Virus record (IMG/VR): IMGVR_UViG_3300037245_001071
Location: 1 to 57,744 of that record
Direction: 5' to 3' (one strand)
Length of the DNA stretch: 57,744 bases
Origin: a virus
Taxonomy: Duplodnaviria > Caudoviricetes
Position 1 is the first letter of the stretch; the number at the start of each line of letters is the position of its first letter. Shown piece after piece: positions 55,234 to 57,744 of this stretch. The notes beneath the pieces are model-generated. The model saw only the letters and a program-made list of their open reading frames with translations, had not been told where the DNA came from and searched no databases. A program made the position numbers and the translations under genes.

Positions 55234-55567
55234 AGGATATAAAACACCTAAAAATACAAAATTTGTAGGCAGACCCACAAAGTGGGGTAATCCATTTAAA
55301 CTAACTCCTGATGGTTGGATAATGTGCAAAAGTATAAATAGAAAGATATTAGACCCTTGGATAATGTGGAGTGCAACGGGTGGTTTTTGCCTAACCGATA
55401 TAGTTGAATTATACGAGCGTTGGATTAAAGGAGACTTACACGAACACAGTTGTTTACCGACACCACCAAGTATTGAGGAACTAAGAGGCTATGATTTATC
55501 ATGTTTTTGTTCGTTAGACAATCCGTGTCATGCAGATGTATTATTAAAACAACTAAAAACTCAGTAA
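55205..55567 (+). CDS. DUF4326-family protein
   Basis: VGRPTKWGNPF...ELRGYDLSCFC...CHADVL. Confidence 0.9.
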   Translation: MKRAQRKRTKGYKTPKNTKFVGRPTKWGNPFKLTPDGWIMCKSINRKILDPWIMWSATGGFCLTDIVELYERWIKGDLHEHSCLPTPPSIEELRGYDLSCFCSLDNPCHADVLLKQLKTQ

Positions 55568-55568
55568 T

Positions 55569-55868
55569 ATGGTACACAACGACGATTACACAAGCCATAC
55601 AAAATGGGATGTTTGCGATACATCAACATCAATAACGATACATAATCCATATGATCATCATTTAGATGAATTAATAAATTCGCTCAAAGAATTATCAAAG
55701 GCATTAAATAAGCTCAAATATGATGAAAACAGTAGAATGTATTCATCTATTCGAGATAAGACTAAATTAACGCCTATTGTAGTGCAAAAACAACCAAATT
55801 ACAGTATACGAAACAAACTAATCTGTAAAAGAACAATAAAACAAGGTATTAACTTTAAAAACAACTAG
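55569..55868 (+). CDS. hypothetical protein
   Basis: Packed ORF. Confidence 0.5.
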   Translation: MVHNDDYTSHTKWDVCDTSTSITIHNPYDHHLDELINSLKELSKALNKLKYDENSRMYSSIRDKTKLTPIVVQKQPNYSIRNKLICKRTIKQGINFKNN

Positions 55869-55869
55869 G

Positions 55870-56460
55870 ATGGTAGTAAAAAGCAAATACAGAGGCAACG
55901 AAATAGAATTCAATAGCAAAGGTTGGGTATTTTCAGATACTAAGATTCTGGTTAGTGATAATAAAAGCCGTGAATGTGGTAATTGTGGATTAGAACAGAC
56001 CAAAGAAGGGCATGATGCATGTTTAGGCGAATTACCTCATCTTATGAACGCATGCTGTGGACATGGTAATAATAAAGATGCATATATCCAATTAATGAAC
56101 GGAAGCAGTATACACGGTGAAGATGCGATACTATTAATTGAAATATTCAAGCAATTCAATTACCTTGAGAAAACACTAAAAGAAATGAATATTGGGCAAC
56201 TCGGAATGATAGGCGTAGAATCAGCAAGCGCAGGAGCTAGGTTAGCAATGGAACTTATCGAGAAAGGAGAAAGGGGCATTATCATAGTAGCGGCTGGTAA
56301 TGTAGGAAAAACCACAATGAGCAATCCAGATAGTCTTATGCGAGCTAAGGAGGAAAGCATCGAACTAATAAAGAAAATGGACTATACCCCAATAATAAAG
56401 GAAATAAAACCCCATAACAACCGTAATATTAAGAGAAACAACCGAAAAAGCACATGGTAA
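55870..56460 (+). CDS. Cys/His-rich hypothetical protein
   Basis: CGNCG...EGHDACLG.LP...NACCGHG. Confidence 0.65.
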   Translation: MVVKSKYRGNEIEFNSKGWVFSDTKILVSDNKSRECGNCGLEQTKEGHDACLGELPHLMNACCGHGNNKDAYIQLMNGSSIHGEDAILLIEIFKQFNYLEKTLKEMNIGQLGMIGVESASAGARLAMELIEKGERGIIIVAAGNVGKTTMSNPDSLMRAKEESIELIKKMDYTPIIKEIKPHNNRNIKRNNRKSTW

Positions 56461-56476
56461 CTAAAAATAAATAACT

Positions 56477-56833
56477 ATGCCAACAGAAAACGAAATAAAA
56501 AGCAAATACACTTTAGATGATTTAATAACAATGTCTAAATCGGAACTAAGCAACATGGGCATTAGTGATTATGATGCATCTGTATTAAATGCGTTTTTGT
56601 GTGTATCGCTCGAAATAAAAGAGTTAAAAGAAGAAATTAAACAACTTAAAGATCAATCCAAGGATAACGACCCATCGCATGTAGACCAGGGGCAATATGA
56701 TAATTTATGTAATGGGTGCAATAATCGCCACAAAGAACACGTCAATAGAACGCGTTGCAATAGGCATGTATTCAACAACGGAGGTATTAAATTAAAAGCA
56801 ATGCAATGGTGCAAATACAGCAATATTAAATAA
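56477..56833 (+). CDS. hypothetical protein with C-terminal Cys cluster
   Basis: CNGC...C...C. Confidence 0.55.
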   Translation: MPTENEIKSKYTLDDLITMSKSELSNMGISDYDASVLNAFLCVSLEIKELKEEIKQLKDQSKDNDPSHVDQGQYDNLCNGCNNRHKEHVNRTRCNRHVFNNGGIKLKAMQWCKYSNIK

Positions 56834-56834
56834 C

Positions 56835-57308
56835 ATGAAACACATCATTATAGTAGACATTGACGGAACTATCCAGAAAATAGGAGACAGGAAAGAACAC
56901 CTGAAGGAATCACCGCCTAATTATGACTTATTTCATGATAAGTTTGAAGAGGATGAGCCAATAGAGCATATGTGTAGGTTAATAAGCATACTAACATTAA
57001 CACGTAACATTGTATTTGTAACCCAAAGACCTAAAAGGCTATTTAAACAAACAGGACATTGGATAAGAAGATATACAGGACTAACTTCGTTTCATTTACA
57101 TATGAGGGTAGATAACGACCTTAGAGAGCCTGAAATAGTTAAACCTGAGCTAATCACTAAGCATGTGAATGTAGATGATATACTATTCGCTATTGATGAC
57201 AGCGACAAGGTTATCAAGGCTTACTGCAAGCTAGGTATTGAATGTATCAAGGTGATTGATTCAGATAAGGCGATGAAGCCTAAGAGGATGAGGAGGAGGG
57301 TAAGATAA
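56835..57308 (+). CDS. HAD-family phosphatase (T4 PNKP phosphatase-like)
   Basis: IVDIDGT, VTQR, LHMR...D.R....K, AIDD. Confidence 0.88.
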   Translation: MKHIIIVDIDGTIQKIGDRKEHLKESPPNYDLFHDKFEEDEPIEHMCRLISILTLTRNIVFVTQRPKRLFKQTGHWIRRYTGLTSFHLHMRVDNDLREPEIVKPELITKHVNVDDILFAIDDSDKVIKAYCKLGIECIKVIDSDKAMKPKRMRRRVR

Positions 57309-57326
57309 CTAAATAATGATTGAACT

Positions 57327-57602
57327 ATGAACTACAAAGAAAGACAAAACGCTAAAAAACAAAGCAAAACACATCTGTATGAAGGTGAATGTATCAGGTG
57401 TGGTCAAAAGGTGAAGGATCTAGGTAAAGATAATGACTTGTGTTTTGGTTGCAGCCAAGAAGATTTAGAATTTGAAGAAAGCAGGAACGCACCGGCATAT
57501 GATGTTAATGATAATGAAGCGGCATTCAATCATGAGAAAGAACAACAGGGATGGAGTGATGATATGGATGAAGGTATATGGAATGAGCATTTTAGACTGT
57601 AG
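57327..57602 (+). CDS. zinc-finger hypothetical protein
   Basis: CIRCG...LCFGC. Confidence 0.6.
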   Translation: MNYKERQNAKKQSKTHLYEGECIRCGQKVKDLGKDNDLCFGCSQEDLEFEESRNAPAYDVNDNEAAFNHEKEQQGWSDDMDEGIWNEHFRL

Positions 57603-57728
57603 CAAAAACGAAAAAAAGATGTGCATTAGAGTTCGTGTAAAATCAAAGAGGTGTATTTATGCAATACACGCTGTAAACCAGTGGTAGTAAGGGTTTAAGG
57701 TACTGTAAGCTTCTGAAAAACGCCCAAT

Positions 57729-57744
57729 ATCTGCCTTGGTAGAG
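57729..57744. repeat. Right terminal direct repeat ATCTGCCTTGGTAGAG
   Basis: Identical to 1-16. Confidence 0.9.

Noticed and set aside
56290-56316. AAGNVGKT as a Walker A ATPase in ORF 55870-56460
   Set aside because: There is no room for the rest of a P-loop domain; probably coincidental or a remnant.
394-56360. Minus-strand ORFs in the six-frame track
   Set aside because: Nearly all are antisense shadows of well-supported + strand genes, with Phe/Ser/Leu-rich composition and no motifs.

Overview
The window looks like one complete, AT-rich ~57.7 kb tailed-phage genome, with an exact 16-nt direct repeat at both ends and essentially all real genes on the + strand. The host is probably Bacteroidota: there are TTG-N19-TAnnTTTG promoters, A-rich starts without Shine-Dalgarno sequences, and a Bacteroidota-like acyl carrier protein. 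The head and packaging genes are lambda-like (GpA-type terminase, gpW, portal, Clp protease, decoration protein, gpE-like capsid). The tail is Mu-like and contractile, but is split into two modules (17-30 kb and 47-51 kb). The genome also carries lysis genes, RecT/MBL/DnaB replication-recombination genes, two DNA methyltransferases and many small accessory ORFs. Best candidates for unusual biology: (1) an integron-like element between terS and terL, in which units bounded by GTT...AAC inverted ends and attC-like hairpins precede an IntI-related tyrosine recombinase lacking the IntI-specific insertion; (2) a very compact, circularly permuted (two-piece) tmRNA with a G3.U70 acceptor stem and tag NKTITHDFAPLRAVA; (3) four terminator-adjacent tracts that are reverse complements of Bacteroidota MKK-type signal-peptide translation starts, possibly antisense sRNAs; (4) a +1/-2 rather than -1 tail-chaperone frameshift; (5) a probable 16-nt cos site with phased TTGCAACG repeats. 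All family assignments come from motif recognition by eye; no database searches were run.
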